Part shown: positions 35,729 through 47,570 of the stretch, in pieces
Numbering within the stretch: position 1 is the stretch's first letter
Layout of the letters: each line of letters starts with the position of its first letter
Source of the DNA: Mustelus asterias
Lineage: Eukaryota
Direction: 5' to 3'
DNA: 64,000 bases
Assembly (NCBI RefSeq): GCF_964213995.1
Contig: NC_135810.1
Location: forward strand, 9,734,001-9,798,000
Position numbers and translations under genes: made by a program
The notes under the pieces: generated by a model
What the model was told of the DNA's origin: nothing
Databases searched by the model: none
The model's input: only the letters and a program-made list of their open reading frames with translations

Positions 35729-36094
35729 TGATGCGCGATATAACTCACGAGGCTAGAGATGCTCGAGGAAATAAAGGCTTTTATTGACTACTACAATAGA
35801 GCTACCATAGATAATACACGATCCCAGACTGAAGGGTCCCAGAAAGAGCAGTGACCTTTATACCTCTCCCAGGAGGCGGAGCCCGACTGGGATGTACCAT
35901 AATAACTATAATACAGGTAGAACAGCCCAACCCTAACCCCAACAGTAACATGTAGAACAGCCCAACCCTAACCCCAACAGTAACATGTAGAACAGCCCAA
36001 CCCTAACCCCAACAGTAACATATATACAGACTCATAGTACTGGCCAGACCCTGGCTCAGTACTACCTGGTGGGAACCAACGATGGTTCACCACA
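35729..36094 (-). mobile_element. Solo LTR (Gypsy-like), 366 bp
   Basis: TG...CA ends with 5-bp TSD GCTCC (35724-35728, 36095-36099); TATAAA and AATAAA on the minus strand; minus-strand termini TGTGGTG...GCGCATCA. Confidence 0.88.
35917..36021. repeat. 3 x 35-bp perfect tandem repeat inside the solo LTR
   Basis: gtagaacagcccaaccctaaccccaacagtaacat at 35917, 35952, 35987. Confidence 0.95.
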
Positions 36095-36118
36095 GCTCCA
36101 TTAGTCCCAAGCTTTTTT

Positions 36119-37128
36119 GGGGGAGACCTTACTGGTCGTGCCACTGGTCGATGGGTGGAGTGAACCGGTAAGATCATGCGAAAGGTGAAAAATTGCATTT
36201 GCACCTGATTTCTTGGATCTTACGATCTTACCGCGTCTGGATTTCTGGCATGTTCAGCCTCATGCCCAGGAAGGGCGCAAGGCTGATTATAATATTTAAA
36301 TCCATTAAATATTATTAGTGAGCCCGGGATGCAATCATGCTGGCTCACTTGCCTTAGCGGCCTTGTCGGTGAAGATCCTCACCGGCATGGATCATGTAAG
36401 GTCCCCATCAACGGGGACTTGATGTGGAGGCCTCACTAGTAGGACTGTAGGCCATTGAGAACCGCAGGAGATTGGGGGATTGGCATGCAGTGCCTCTTGG
36501 GCACTGACAGCCTGGCACTGCCAACCTAGGATGCTGGCAGTGCCAACCTGGTACCCTGGCACTGATGGCCTGGCATTGCCCACTGGGCACCGAGCAATAT
36601 CCAAGGGGGTGGGGCCGTGATGGGGTGGGGTCTAAGGAGAGGTGGGCTGGGGGAAGCTGCACATTCTGCAACCGACGATCGACCAGACCAGGGGTGCAAT
36701 GCGATCAGCCTGATCGGAGGGGGTCGTAATCAGCCATGTCGGGGAAGGAATGACGATTGACCGGGCTGGAGGGGGTGGGCGGTGTGCGATTGGCTTGGGG
36801 TAATATCCGGGTGGTGGGGGGGCTGATCAGCCGGGGAGGACACCGATCATAGGGGGCAGTAAGGCAGGTGATATCCGGGGAAAGGATGCGGGAGGTGACT
36901 AATAGATCTCTCTGTTCTGTTGCAGGAGCCATTGCACCCTCTAGTGTGAACAGTTGACTTTCCGGCAATCTGATTCCTGCCCTCTCCCCCTGCTGGCAGG
37001 AATCAGATTGTGCATTTTTTTTTACACTAAGTGCCATTAGATTTCATTTGTGGCCTTGCCAAAAAAATGGATCTGAAACGCTCCCGTTTTCACGCTCATT
37101 CAGCATTTTGAATTGTAAGATTTCCCCC
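36119..37128. mobile_element. Non-autonomous PIF/Harbinger-like TIR element (about 1 kb, GC-rich)
   Basis: TIRs gggggagaccttac (36119-) vs gtaagatttccccc (37115-37128, revcomp gggggaaatcttac); G-rich interior with tggcactgcc repeats. Confidence 0.7.
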
Positions 37129-37837
37129 CTTTTCTTTTTACTTCTAGTGGTGCGCTGATATCCTTGCTCTGTGAGAGCATCATCGTAGTCCATGCCTGTC
37201 AGCCATTTTATGCTCAGGTACAAAGGTCAAAATCTACACCTGTGAGTGTTGAAGATTTATATAACCCATTGACCCAACTGCAACCATTTCATGAGTCACA
37301 GACACATTACCCTCCTCTTGTGAGGGACAGCGATATTCTCATGATACCGAAAAATGCTGTTATTTCACTAAGGAAACCTTCACTTCAAAATCTTAAAGCC
37401 TGGAAGGGTGATATAATTACTTCAGCAATTTTAGCACCCATTTCTCTCTGTATAGTAAATGACAATCTAGGCGGCTTTGTGCATTATTAATTCTAGTTTG
37501 CAGAATGTGAGTTTAACACAACAGTGACTGTTTTATGCCACTAAACAAGGAACAGCTGAGACGGTTATTGACGTAACTCACATAATTCCAGTTAGATATT
37601 CAAGATGGGTAGGGCTATTTAGACAGAGGAGGTCTGAAAATACTGATTCTGTTCACACGAACAAGAGGATACTGATTTAAGTTGATTGGCAAACAATGCA
37701 GAGCGAACATGAGGAAACATCCTATGACTTAGCAAGTGGTTAGGGTCTGGAATGCACTGCCTGGGGTTGTGGTTGAAGCAAATTGAATCCTGGCACTGGG
37801 TAGGGAATAAGACCATTGTCTAATGGGAAAAACATGG

Positions 37838-38180
37838 GTGGCATGGTGGCACAGTGGCACAGTGGTTAGCACTGCTGCCCCACAGATCCAGGGATCTGGG
37901 TTTGATTCCTGGCTTGGGTCACTGTCTGCGGAGTCTGAATGTTCTCCTCATGTTTGCATGGGTTCCCTCCGGGTGCTCTGGTTTCCTCCCACGGTCCAAA
38001 GATGTGTGGGTTAGGTTGACTGGCCATGCTAAATTGCCCCTTAGTGTCCCAAGGTGCATAGATTAGAAGGGATTAGTGGGGTAAATATGTGGGGTATGGG
38101 GATTGGGCTTGGTGGGATTGTTGTCGGTGCAGACTTGATGGGCCGAATGGCCTCCTTCTGCTCTGTAGGGATTCTATGAT
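37838..38180 (+). mobile_element. HE1 SINE
   Basis: Full-length. Confidence 0.85.
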
Positions 38181-38990
38181 TTGCAGGGCCATGGGGAAAG
38201 GTGTGGGAGTGGAACTAGCTGAGTAGATTTTGCAGAGAGCTAGCACAGACTTGATGGGTTGAATAGCCTCCCTCCATGTTGTAATCATCCTATAGTTTTA
38301 CACTTAGCCAGATCCTCAGACCAGGCATTATCAACACTGGATGTTAGTATTTGGTGTCTTTATATTTTGCAGCATTAGAAGGAGTTACTATGTACTAATA
38401 AACCTTTTCTACACCTTCTCCAAAGCCTTCTCATCCTTCCTATAACACAGTGCCCCGCATAATATACAGTATTCCAGCTGGGGATGGACTATTGTTTCTT
38501 GTGAAGGCTTGGCACAACTTCTTATGCTTTGCCTCTACTTATAAAGCAAAGATTCCAGATACTGAATCAACTGCTATCTTAATCTACACGATATTCTTTT
38601 TCTTTTAAAGATCTAATGGAATGCACAATTTAAAATGGGTGAGCAGGGCATACTGATTCATGTGGAGGTATTATTTATGAACACTGATTATTTTCCTGCA
38701 CTGCTGTGTGCTCAATTATGTACAACGAGGCTGCATTAATTCAATCAAGAGTGGTCGACTTTGCAGAGCTGAAGAGCTGGGAAAAGAAAATATACATTGT
38801 TAAAAAGTCATGAGTTTAACAATACTGTCCACTTGTGTCTTTATGATATTCACATTATACAAGTAAAGCAAGCAAGGCATTTTGAAACCTTGTCTATCAA
38901 TGTGATTTTTATCATGCTTTGTTTCCAGTTTACTATTATCTCCCTTCCTCTTGTTCTTTCTCTGTCATTTCCTATCTCACTTCACTTTGA

Positions 38991-39341
38991 GGGTGGCACG
39001 GTGGTGCAGAGGGTGGCACGGTGGCCCAGTGGCTAGCACTGCTGCTTCACAGCGCCAGGGACCCAAGTTCAATTCCAGCCTCGGGTCACTGTGTGTGTGG
39101 AGTTTGCACATTCTCCCTGTGTCTGCATGGGTTTCCTCCGGGTGCTCCAGTTTCCTCCCACAGTCCAAAGATGTGCAAAGAGTTAAGTTGATTGGCCATG
39201 CTAAATTGACCCTAGTGTCAGGGGGGTTAGCAGGGTAAATGAGGGTTACGGGAATAGGACCTGGGTGGGATTGTGGTTGGTAGAGACTCGATGGGCCAAA
39301 TGGCCTCCTTCTGTACTGTAGGGATTCTATAATTCTATGAT
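38991..39341 (+). mobile_element. HE1 SINE
   Basis: Full-length with duplicated 5' head. Confidence 0.85.
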
Positions 39342-39446
39342 TCACTGGTAGTTTTAACCCTGTTCTTTCTATTTTGTGTTCAGTGTGTGATACCCTCTCC
39401 TCAGTCACTCCCACACCTTGTCATTTCCCACGTCACCTTTCCATGT

Positions 39447-39674
39447 TGTAGTATGTTGATTGGAAAGGCTGAGGAATGATTGCTGAGACATTGCTATTTC
39501 TAAACAATAACTGGTTTATTAGATACAACTGAACTATATACAGGTACTTTGGCATTACTTTGTTGAAGATAGAAACATTATCCCCTTTGACTCTTAATCA
39601 TGTGTTTCTCACATCATCATTATAGATGTCACTATTTACTCAGTCCCACACATTAACCCTTTCAACATGCTACA
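39447..39674 (-). mobile_element. 3' LTR of a degenerate Gypsy element
   Basis: Terminal inverted ends tgtagtatgttga / tcaacatgctaca; adjacent purine-rich PPT on the minus strand (ggtggagaaga, 39675-39685). Confidence 0.65.
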
Positions 39675-40722
39675 TCTTCTCCACCAAGTCTTTGTCCATA
39701 TTATTTTTCTATATTTGTATTTACATACTACTCCATTGCTCCCCAAGTCTCTGATTTAATAGATTCAATCTGCCAGGACGTTTTGTCTTGTTCTTTGGTT
39801 GTGTTCTTGTCATACTCGGAAGGTCAGAATCTCTTTAAACTTCCTTTTCTTGACTTGGTTGGTCTTCATTGGGCACTGCAGTATCTGGTTCCTTGTCAAT
39901 TTCTGACTGTAAATCTGGTTCTTCCAAATGTTTGACTGATGGTCATCTTTGAGAAATAGAAATAAGATTCCTCCAATGTCTCCGTATAGTACCCTCTGGA
40001 ACATGTAGTAAGATCTCCGCTGATTTTCATCTCTCTTGACTGTTACATCTTCTTTGCCTTAGTCTCATTTCTGGATCTAAACTTGGTATTTTTCTTCCTT
40101 TCTTTTCTGTTATGCTTTCCTCAATCACTTGTCCCTCTCTCGATAGAATTTTATAGGTTTCTCCCAGTAGTCATTCATTCTCAAACTCTCACATCATCCT
40201 GGATTGCTACCTCTTGAAATACTTGTTCTGGGAGGATGGTTATGATTAAACCACTTTATCAATATCTAGTTTCCATTTAAGATCCAGCAGAACTGGTGTA
40301 GCAATAAGGTCACTGTCTTCTAACCTAAAAAAGGGGGACATTGTATGGCTTGGTTCCATGTCTAATGTTGGACTTTTATGGCTGGATGATCATTTTTGAT
40401 GGATGGGTAGGTATAGATGTACCTTCTAGAAGATCACCACTGTCGATTGAATGTGGTATTGGAACAAAGTATTCTGACACCAGGATTTCCATTTTCCACT
40501 TTCGAAGCAGTACTATTATGTGATGAATGATCCGTGTCTAACTCAGGTATTCTCTGGTCTAATTGTTTCACTGTGCATTTGGTATGAGCGAGTTCACATC
40601 TCCCCTCCTGCACACCTCCTGAAAAATGGCTAGATTATCAGCCATACCATTTTGACTCTCTGGGAAGAGTGTCAAAAAATCAGTTTCAGGGCTTCATTTC
40701 TGAAATCATCCTTGGATGTTTG

Positions 40723-40921
40723 TTGGAAAATCTCAGCAGGTCTGACAGTATCTGTGGAGAGAGAATAGAGCCAATGTTTTGAGTCTCGATGACCCTTCGT
40801 CAGAGCTCTATTCATTCGCTGGCTCGATCCTCTCTCCACAGATCCTGTCAGACCTGCTGAAATTTTCCAGCATTTTCTGTTTTTGTTTCAGATTCCAGCA
40901 TCTACAGTATTTTGCTTTTAT
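40723..40921. mobile_element. Penelope-like inverted-repeat insertion with decayed hammerhead core
   Basis: Arms ggaaaatctcagcaggtctgacag.atctgtggagagag / ctctctccacagat.ctgtcagacctgctga.attttcc; minus strand CUGACGA-agggucaucgagacuc-AAAAcauu; imperfect TSD ct(t/c)ggatgtttg. Confidence 0.7.
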
Positions 40922-41011
40922 CTCGGATGTTTGATAATTGACTTCATCCACCTTCCTGATAAGATTGAGGTCTATACGGGCTTTTTGCCTCAGAAGAGAG
41001 AATTCTTAATT

Positions 41012-44000
41012 CATAAGAACATAAGAAATAGGAGCAGGAGTAGGCCATCTAGCCCCTCGAGCCTGCCCCGCCATTCAATAAGATCATGGCTGATCTGACG
41101 TGGATCAGTACCACTTACCCGTCTGATCCCCATAACCCTTAATTCCCTTACCGATCAGGAATCCATCCATCCGCGCTTTAAACATATTCAGCGAGGTAGC
41201 CTCCACCACCTCAGTGGGCAGAGAATTCCAGAGATTCACCACCCTCTGGGAGAAGAAGTTCCTCCTCAACTCTGTCCTAAACCGACCCCCCTTTATTTTG
41301 AGGCTGTGTCCTCTAGTTTTAACTTCCTTACTAAGTGGAAAGAATCTCTCCGCCTCCACCCTATCCAGCCCCCGCATTATCTTATAAGTCTCCATAAGAT
41401 CCCCCCTCATCCTTCTAAACTCCAACGAGTACAAACCCAATCTCCTCAGCCTCTCCTCATAATCCAAACCCCTCATCTCCGGTATCAACCTGGTGAACCT
41501 TCTCTGCACTCCCTCCAATGCCAATATATCCTTCCTCATATAAGGGGACCAATACTGCACACAGTATTCCAGCTGCGGCCTCACCAATGCCCTGTACAGG
41601 TGCATCAAGACATCCCTGCTTTTATATTCTATCCCCCTCGCAATATAGGCCAACATCCCATTTGCCTTCTTGATCACCTGTTGTACCTGCAGACTGGGCT
41701 TTTGCGTCTCATGCACAAGGACCCCCAGGTCCCTTTGCACGGTAGCATGTTTTAATTTGTTTCCATTGAGATAGTAATCCCATTTGTTATTATTTCCTCC
41801 AAAGTGTATAACCTCGCATTTATCAATGTTATACTCCATTTGCCATATCCTCGCCCACTCACTCAGCCTGTCCAAATCTCTCTGCAGATCTTCTCCGTCC
41901 TCCACACGATTCACTTTTCCACTTATCTTTGTGTCGTCTGCAAACTTTGTTACCCTACACTCCGTCCCCTCCTCCAGATCATCTATATAAATGGTAAATA
42001 GTTGCGGCCCGAGTACCGATCCCTGCGGCACGCCACTAGTTACCTTCCTCCAACCGGAAAAACACCCATTTATTCCGACTCTTTGCTTCCTGTCGGATAG
42101 CCAGTCCCCAATCCACTTTAACACACTACCCCCAACTCCGTGTGCCCTAATCTTCTTCAGCAGCCTTTTATGGGGCACCTTATCAAACGCCTTTTGGAGA
42201 TCCAAAAACACCGCATCCACCGGTTCTCCTCCATCAACCGCCCTAGTCACATCTTCATAAAAATCCAACATGTTCGTCAAGCACGACTTTCCCCTCATGA
42301 ATCCATGCTGCGTCTGATTGATCGAACCATTTCTATCCAGATGCCCTGCTATCTCCTCTTTAATAATGGATTCCAGCATTTTCCCTACTACAGACGTTAA
42401 GCTGACCGGCCTATAGTTACCCGCCTTTTGTCTCCTTCCTTTTTTAAACAGCAGCGTAACATTAGCCGTTTTCCAATCAACCGGCACTACCCCAGAATGC
42501 AACGAGTTTTGATAAATAATCACTAACGCATCCACTATTACCTCTGACATTTCTTTCAATACCCCGGGATGCATTCCATCCGGACCCGGGGACTTGTCCA
42601 CCTTCAGTCCCATTAGTCTACCCAGCACTGCCTCTCTGGTAACATTAATTGTATTAAGTATTTCTCCTGCTGCCAACCCTCTATCGTTAATATTTGGCAA
42701 ACTATTTGTGTCCTCCACCGTGAAGACCGACCCAAAAAACGTATTTAAAGACTCAGCCATATCCTCATTTCCCACTATTAACTCCCCCCTCTTGTCCTCC
42801 AAGGGTCCAACATTCACTCGAGCCACTCTATTCCTTTTTATATATTTATAAAAACTTTTACTATCATTTTTTATATTAATTGCTAGCCTAGCTTCATCGT
42901 CTATCCTTCCTTTCTTTATCGCTTTCTTAGTCTCTCTTTGTTGTTTCTTAAATTTTTCCCAATCACTTGTTTCTCCACTATTTTTGGCCACTCTGTACGC
43001 AGCTGTTTTTATTTTAATACTCTCCTTTATTTCCTTCGTTATCCACGGCTAGTTCTCCCTTTTCTTACAATCCTTGTTTTTTGCTGGAATATATTTTTGC
43101 TGAGAACTGAAAAGGATCTCCTTAAAAATCCTCCACTGTTCCTCAGCTATCCTACCTGCCAGCCTGCTCTCCCAGTCTACCTTTGCCAATTCATCCCTCA
43201 TCCTATCATATTTCCCTCTGTTCAAACAGAGGACACTGGTTTGGGACCAAACTTTCTCCTCTTCCATCTGAATCAGAAATTCGACCATATTGTGGTCACT
43301 AGACCCAAGAGGGTCCTTCACAATAAGATCCTTAATTCTACCTACCTCGTTACACAATACCAGATCCAAAATAGCTCGTTCCCTCGTCGGTTCCGTAACA
43401 TGCTGTTCAAGGAAACTATCCCGACAGCATTCTAAGAACTCCACCCTTACCGACTTGAGTCTGCCAGTCAATGTGCATGTTGAAGTCCCCCATGATTATT
43501 GCCGTTCCGTTTTTACACGCATCCCTTATCTGCTTGTTTATAGCCCTCCCTACCTCAACATTATTATTTGGGGGCCTATATACCACACCTACTAGTGTCT
43601 TTCTCCCTCTACTATTCCTCATCTCTACCCATAATAATTCCACGTTTTGTTCCTCAGAGCCTATGTCATCCCTCAGTACTACCCTGATATTATCTCTTAT
43701 TAATAGCGCGACCCCACCACCTTTTCCTTCCTGTCTATTCTTCCTAAACGCCTGATACCCCTGGATATTCATCTCCCAGTCCTGGTCACCTTTCAGCCAC
43801 GTTTCTGTAATGGCCACTAGATCGTACCCACTTGTGCTGATTTGCACCATCAACTCATTTACCTTGTTCCGAATGCTTCGTGCATTCAGGCAAAGTGTCC
43901 TTCTTCCAGCTTTTATCTGGACCCGCTTTGATGAGTCGCGAACACCCTCTCCCTCTACTCCCTTATCTAAATTACCGCCTTCATTCACTTGCACCCTCTC

Positions 44001-44234
44001 CTCTACCATTAATTTTGTAATTCCCCTTACCCCTGCATCCTCCCCCCCATCAATTAGTTCCTTGATCCTAGTCAACTCTTCTAGCTCCCCTCCCCCCAAC
44101 CTATCTAGTTTAAATTCTCCCCTGTAGCCTTAGCCAACCTACCGGCCAGGATATTGGTCCCCCTGTGATTCAAGTTCCACCCGTTTTTTGTATACAGATC
44201 ACCCCTGCCCCTAAAGAGGTCCCAATGGTCCAGG
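41012..44234 (-). mobile_element. Young 5'-truncated CR1 LINE with nearly intact ORF2
   Basis: End of ORF1 esterase (DHWDLF..GTNILAGR), endonuclease (CLNARSIRNK, ITETWL, GDFN, LDLVL..SDH), RT, (TTCTTATG)n 3' tail at about 41012-41030. Confidence 0.97.
41105..42991 (-). CDS. CR1 ORF2 reverse transcriptase domain (628-aa open segment; full ORF2 about 41105-44099 disrupted by a TAG at 43049-43051 and a frameshift near 43440)
   Basis: KSPGPDG, NYRPVSLTS, QHGF..GKSC, DLQKAFDKV, GVPQGSVLGP, YIDDL..KFADD motifs. Confidence 0.95.
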   Translation of the reverse strand: MAKNSGETSDWEKFKKQQRETKKAIKKGRIDDEARLAINIKNDSKSFYKYIKRNRVARVNVGPLEDKRGELIVGNEDMAESLNTFFGSVFTVEDTNSLPNINDRGLAAGEILNTINVTREAVLGRLMGLKVDKSPGPDGMHPGVLKEMSEVIVDALVIIYQNSLHSGVVPVDWKTANVTLLFKKGRRQKAGNYRPVSLTSVVGKMLESIIKEEIAGHLDRNGSINQTQHGFMRGKSCLTNMLDFYEDVTRAVDGGEPVDAVFLDLQKAFDKVPHKRLLKKIRAHGVGGSVLKWIGDWLSDRKQRVGINGCFSGWRKVTSGVPQGSVLGPQLFTIYIDDLEEGTECRVTKFADDTKISGKVNRVEDGEDLQRDLDRLSEWARIWQMEYNIDKCEVIHFGGNNNKWDYYLNGNKLKHATVQRDLGVLVHETQKPSLQVQQVIKKANGMLAYIARGIEYKSRDVLMHLYRALVRPQLEYCVQYWSPYMRKDILALEGVQRRFTRLIPEMRGLDYEERLRRLGLYSLEFRRMRGDLMETYKIMRGLDRVEAERFFPLSKEVKTRGHSLKIKGGRFRTELRRNFFSQRVVNLWNSLPTEVVEATSLNMFKARMDGFLIGKGIKGYGDQTGKWY

Positions 44235-44512
44235 AGAACATACAATGTTTTTCCATATTAGCTTTGCCCTGTATCAAATGTAATGTGTAATATTCCCTTA
44301 ACTTGTAGTTTGACCCCTTTTGGACCATATAGCTAGGTTTCTGTTGACTACAGTGTGTTGGTGACCACGGTTCTTTGTCTGATAAAATCATCGCACTCGG
44401 TCTGGTATTGAGTTAAAATTTAGAGTTAAATTTGGAGTCCATTGACATAAATATTTGTGCTTCAGAATGTATAACTGGGATTATTAGCTGCATTCAGGAA
44501 ACAATTTACAAA

Positions 44513-45157
44513 GAATCCATAGAATTCCTACAGCGCAGAAGAAGGCCATTTGGCCCATCGAGCCTGCACCGACTCTTCGAAAGAGCATCTTACCCAGGCC
44601 CTATTCCCGTCACCCCACATATTTACCTTGCTAATCCTCCTAACCTACACATCTTGAGACACTAAGGGAAAGCTTACCATGGTCAATCCACCTATCCTGC
44701 ACAGTGGCACGGTGGTTAGCACTGCTGCCTCACAGAGCCAGGGACCCGGTTTCAATTCCGGCCTCGGGTTAATATGCAAAGTTTGCACGTTCTCCTGTCT
44801 TAGGTGCTCCAGTTTTCTCCCACAGACCAAAGTTGTACGGATTAGGTGAATTGGCTATACTAAATTGGCCCGTAGTGTCAGGGGGATTAGCAAGATAAAT
44901 ACATGGGCTTATGGGGATAGGACCTGGGTGGGATTGTTGTCGGTGCAGGTCCAATGGGCCAAATGGCCTCCTTCTGCTCTGTAGGGATTCTATGAACTTC
45001 TTCTACTCTACCTTTAGACTATGGAAGGAAAGCCGAGCACCCTAAGGAAACCAACGCAGACATGGGGAGAACGTGCAAACTCCACACCTGTCCAAACTCC
45101 ACCTATGTCCCTGGCATTGTGAGGCAACAGTGCTAACTACTGTGTCATTGTGCCATC
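44513..45157. mobile_element. Nested HE1 SINEs (plus-strand copy about 44698-44997 inside a minus-strand copy)
   Basis: Minus-strand HE1 breaks at about 44697 and resumes at about 45010 (ctttagactatggaaggaaagc). Confidence 0.75.
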
Positions 45158-45865
45158 CTTGTTCTTCTGGTTAAAACTCCTCAACCTCATCAATCGCCTT
45201 ACGCATGAAGACTAACTCCTTAATACTTGTAAAGTCACAGCCTTTATTTCAGCATATCTTCTGAAAATGGCCAATTCTTTTGCAGGGACAGCAGTCTGCA
45301 GTGCTTACAGGATACTTTTCACACCTGTGAGGCTTTTTGGTGCCACGGTGCTGGCATGATTTGATGGCATCCCGTACTGTAGCTTCTTTACTAATGCTTC
45401 TTTCATACTCCTGTGCTTATGGAACTCAATGGTCACAGGGTGTTTTCTCAGCCAATGTTTGTCTTCATCTCAGCATTGCTCTTTTCTGTTTATGGACCTC
45501 TGTCTCAGTCACAAGCGGCATTGCTATCTCCAAAGTTAGGCCTTCATTACATTGCAGTAGATCTGATAGGATGTCACTGGTACTACAAACTAAAATGCAG
45601 TCTTGTATTCTTTTTGTTTTTAGGTCTCCATGTTCATTCCTTTCAGCCAATCTGTAAAGGTCATTAATACAAAACATGTCCTGGTTCACCTGGCTTCTGG
45701 GCTCTTCCATTGAATTTGGTCCTTTTCGGAATCTTATTGCTTTGTGGTTTGAAATAGTTACTGAAGACCTTTAAGACCTCCTTAAATTTAGTCGAGGTCT
45801 CATTAATCTTTTAATAACTTCATCTGCTATTGTTCCTACAAAGTAAAGGAATGTACTGATGTGTT

Positions 45866-46197
45866 CATAGAATCATAGAATCCTCCAGTGCAGAAGGAGG
45901 CCATTCAGCCTATCGGGTCTGCGTCGACCACAATCCCACCCAGGCCCTATCCCCATAACCCCATGCATTTACCCTAGCTAGTCCCCCTGACACTAAGAGG
46001 CAATTTTGCATGGCCAATCCACCTAATCGGCACATCTTTGGACTGTTGGGGGGGAAACTGGAGCACCCGGAGGAAACCCATGCGGACACGGGGAGAATGT
46101 GCAAACTCCACACAGACAGCGACTCAGGCCGGGATTTGAACTCAGGTCTCAGGCATTGTGAGGCAGCAGTGCTAACCACTGTGCCACCGTGCTGCCC
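45866..46197 (-). mobile_element. HE1 SINE inserted in Gypsy gag
   Basis: Full-length; gag reading continues across it. Confidence 0.85.
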
Positions 46198-46789
46198 ACA
46201 ACTTCAGATTTATTGTGCAACCCTTAAGCAATTCGGAACCGTAAGAATCATTTTCTCCAAAGTAGTCAGTTTTGCTTTTGATTTGATCCTTCTATATGCT
46301 CAAATCTCTCATTTAGATAAGTTTAGAATCCATGGCATCCCTAAGTTTCTAGCTGGTTTTCCAAAGTTTTAACGTTTCCTTGCAGTAATCTACTTCACCA
46401 CACTGATCTGTCTTTCACCAAGATCCATTGCAGTCATTTGGTTATTATTTTCCAGGCCTTCTTTCCAGCAGGATCTTCCAGCCCCACTGAAAGCAATGAG
46501 TTCCCCAGCGGCATGGTCGAAGAGCAATGCAAATGGCCAATGGCAAGCAGTCTTTGCCTCCTGAGAACCTGCCGCAGGAGGGACTGGAAAATCCTGGCTA
46601 TTGTCTCTTTTGGGTATTTATCTCTGAGCTGTTTATCTCCAGCCCAAACACCACTGGGCAGGTGTAGGTGGGACAGGAAAGTTTGGAGAATCATTGACCA
46701 CAACTGAACATTTAGATTATACCAACACATAACTGGGTGGAGCAAATTTTAACTGAACAATGGAATCGAGTTTGAGCACAAAGTTATCA

Positions 46790-47138
46790 TCATAGAATCT
46801 CTAGTGTAGAAGGGGGCCATTTGGCCCATCGAGTCTGCACTGAGTCTCTGACAAAGTATCTTACACAGCCCCTTTCCCACACCCTATCCCTGTAGCGCCA
46901 CAGACATAGCATGGCTAATCCATCTAACCTACACATCTTGGGACACTAAGGGGCAATTAACCATAGCCAATCCATCTAACTGCACATCTTTGGACTGTGG
47001 GAGGGAACCAAAGCACCCAGAGGAAACTCACGCAGACACAGGGAGAATGTGCAAACTCCAGAGACAGTTACCCAAGGCTGGAATTGAGCCCGGGTCCCTG
47101 ATGTTGGGAGGCAGCAGTGCCAACCATTGTTCCACTGT
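46790..47138 (-). mobile_element. HE1 SINE
   Basis: Reverse-complement HE1. Confidence 0.8.
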
Positions 47139-47232
47139 ACAGCATACATTGCAGTTCTGTTGGCGAGATTCAATTTTAAGTAAGGCTCTCAATTGAAATG
47201 CATTAATTACAACACGATGGCATAATGGTTAG

Positions 47233-47570
47233 TGGCACGATGGCACAGTGGTCAGCCTCACAGCTCTAGGGACCTGGGTTTGATTCCCGGCTTGGGTTAC
47301 TGTCTGTGTGGAGTTTGCACATTCTCCCCGTGTCTGCGTGGGTTTCCTCCGGGTGCTCTGGTTTCCTCCCACAGTCCAAAAAATCTGCTGGTTAGGTGGA
47401 TTTGCCATGCTAAATTGCCCCTTCGTGTTCTGGGATGCATTGGTTAGAGGGATTGAGGGCGGTGGGGGGTAAATGTGTGTGGTCATGGGGATAGGGCCTG
47501 GGTGAGATTGTTGTTGGTGCAGATGCGATGGGCCAAATGGCCTCCTTCTGCACTGTAGGGATTCTATGAT
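47233..47570 (+). mobile_element. HE1 SINE
   Basis: Head, V-domain and CR1 tail. Confidence 0.85.

Larger units (their letters stand above)
39675..46400 (-). mobile_element. Degenerate Gypsy LTR retrotransposon internal region (gag and protease), fragmented by nested CR1, PLE and SINE insertions
   Basis: gag: W..RFLRFRIA.GL.NKSE...STFLY and INDLYRLAE..EHGDLK...IQD.I...LSDLLQ...LTLE (45465-45710); protease region LYGPKG..L.VKG..LYVL continuing as .EFSLL...IDLNLIRKVDEV across the CR1. Confidence 0.75.

Noticed and set aside
35917-36021. 35-bp repeats as a CRISPR array
   Set aside because: Units are directly adjacent with no spacers, lie inside an LTR in vertebrate DNA, and there are no cas genes.
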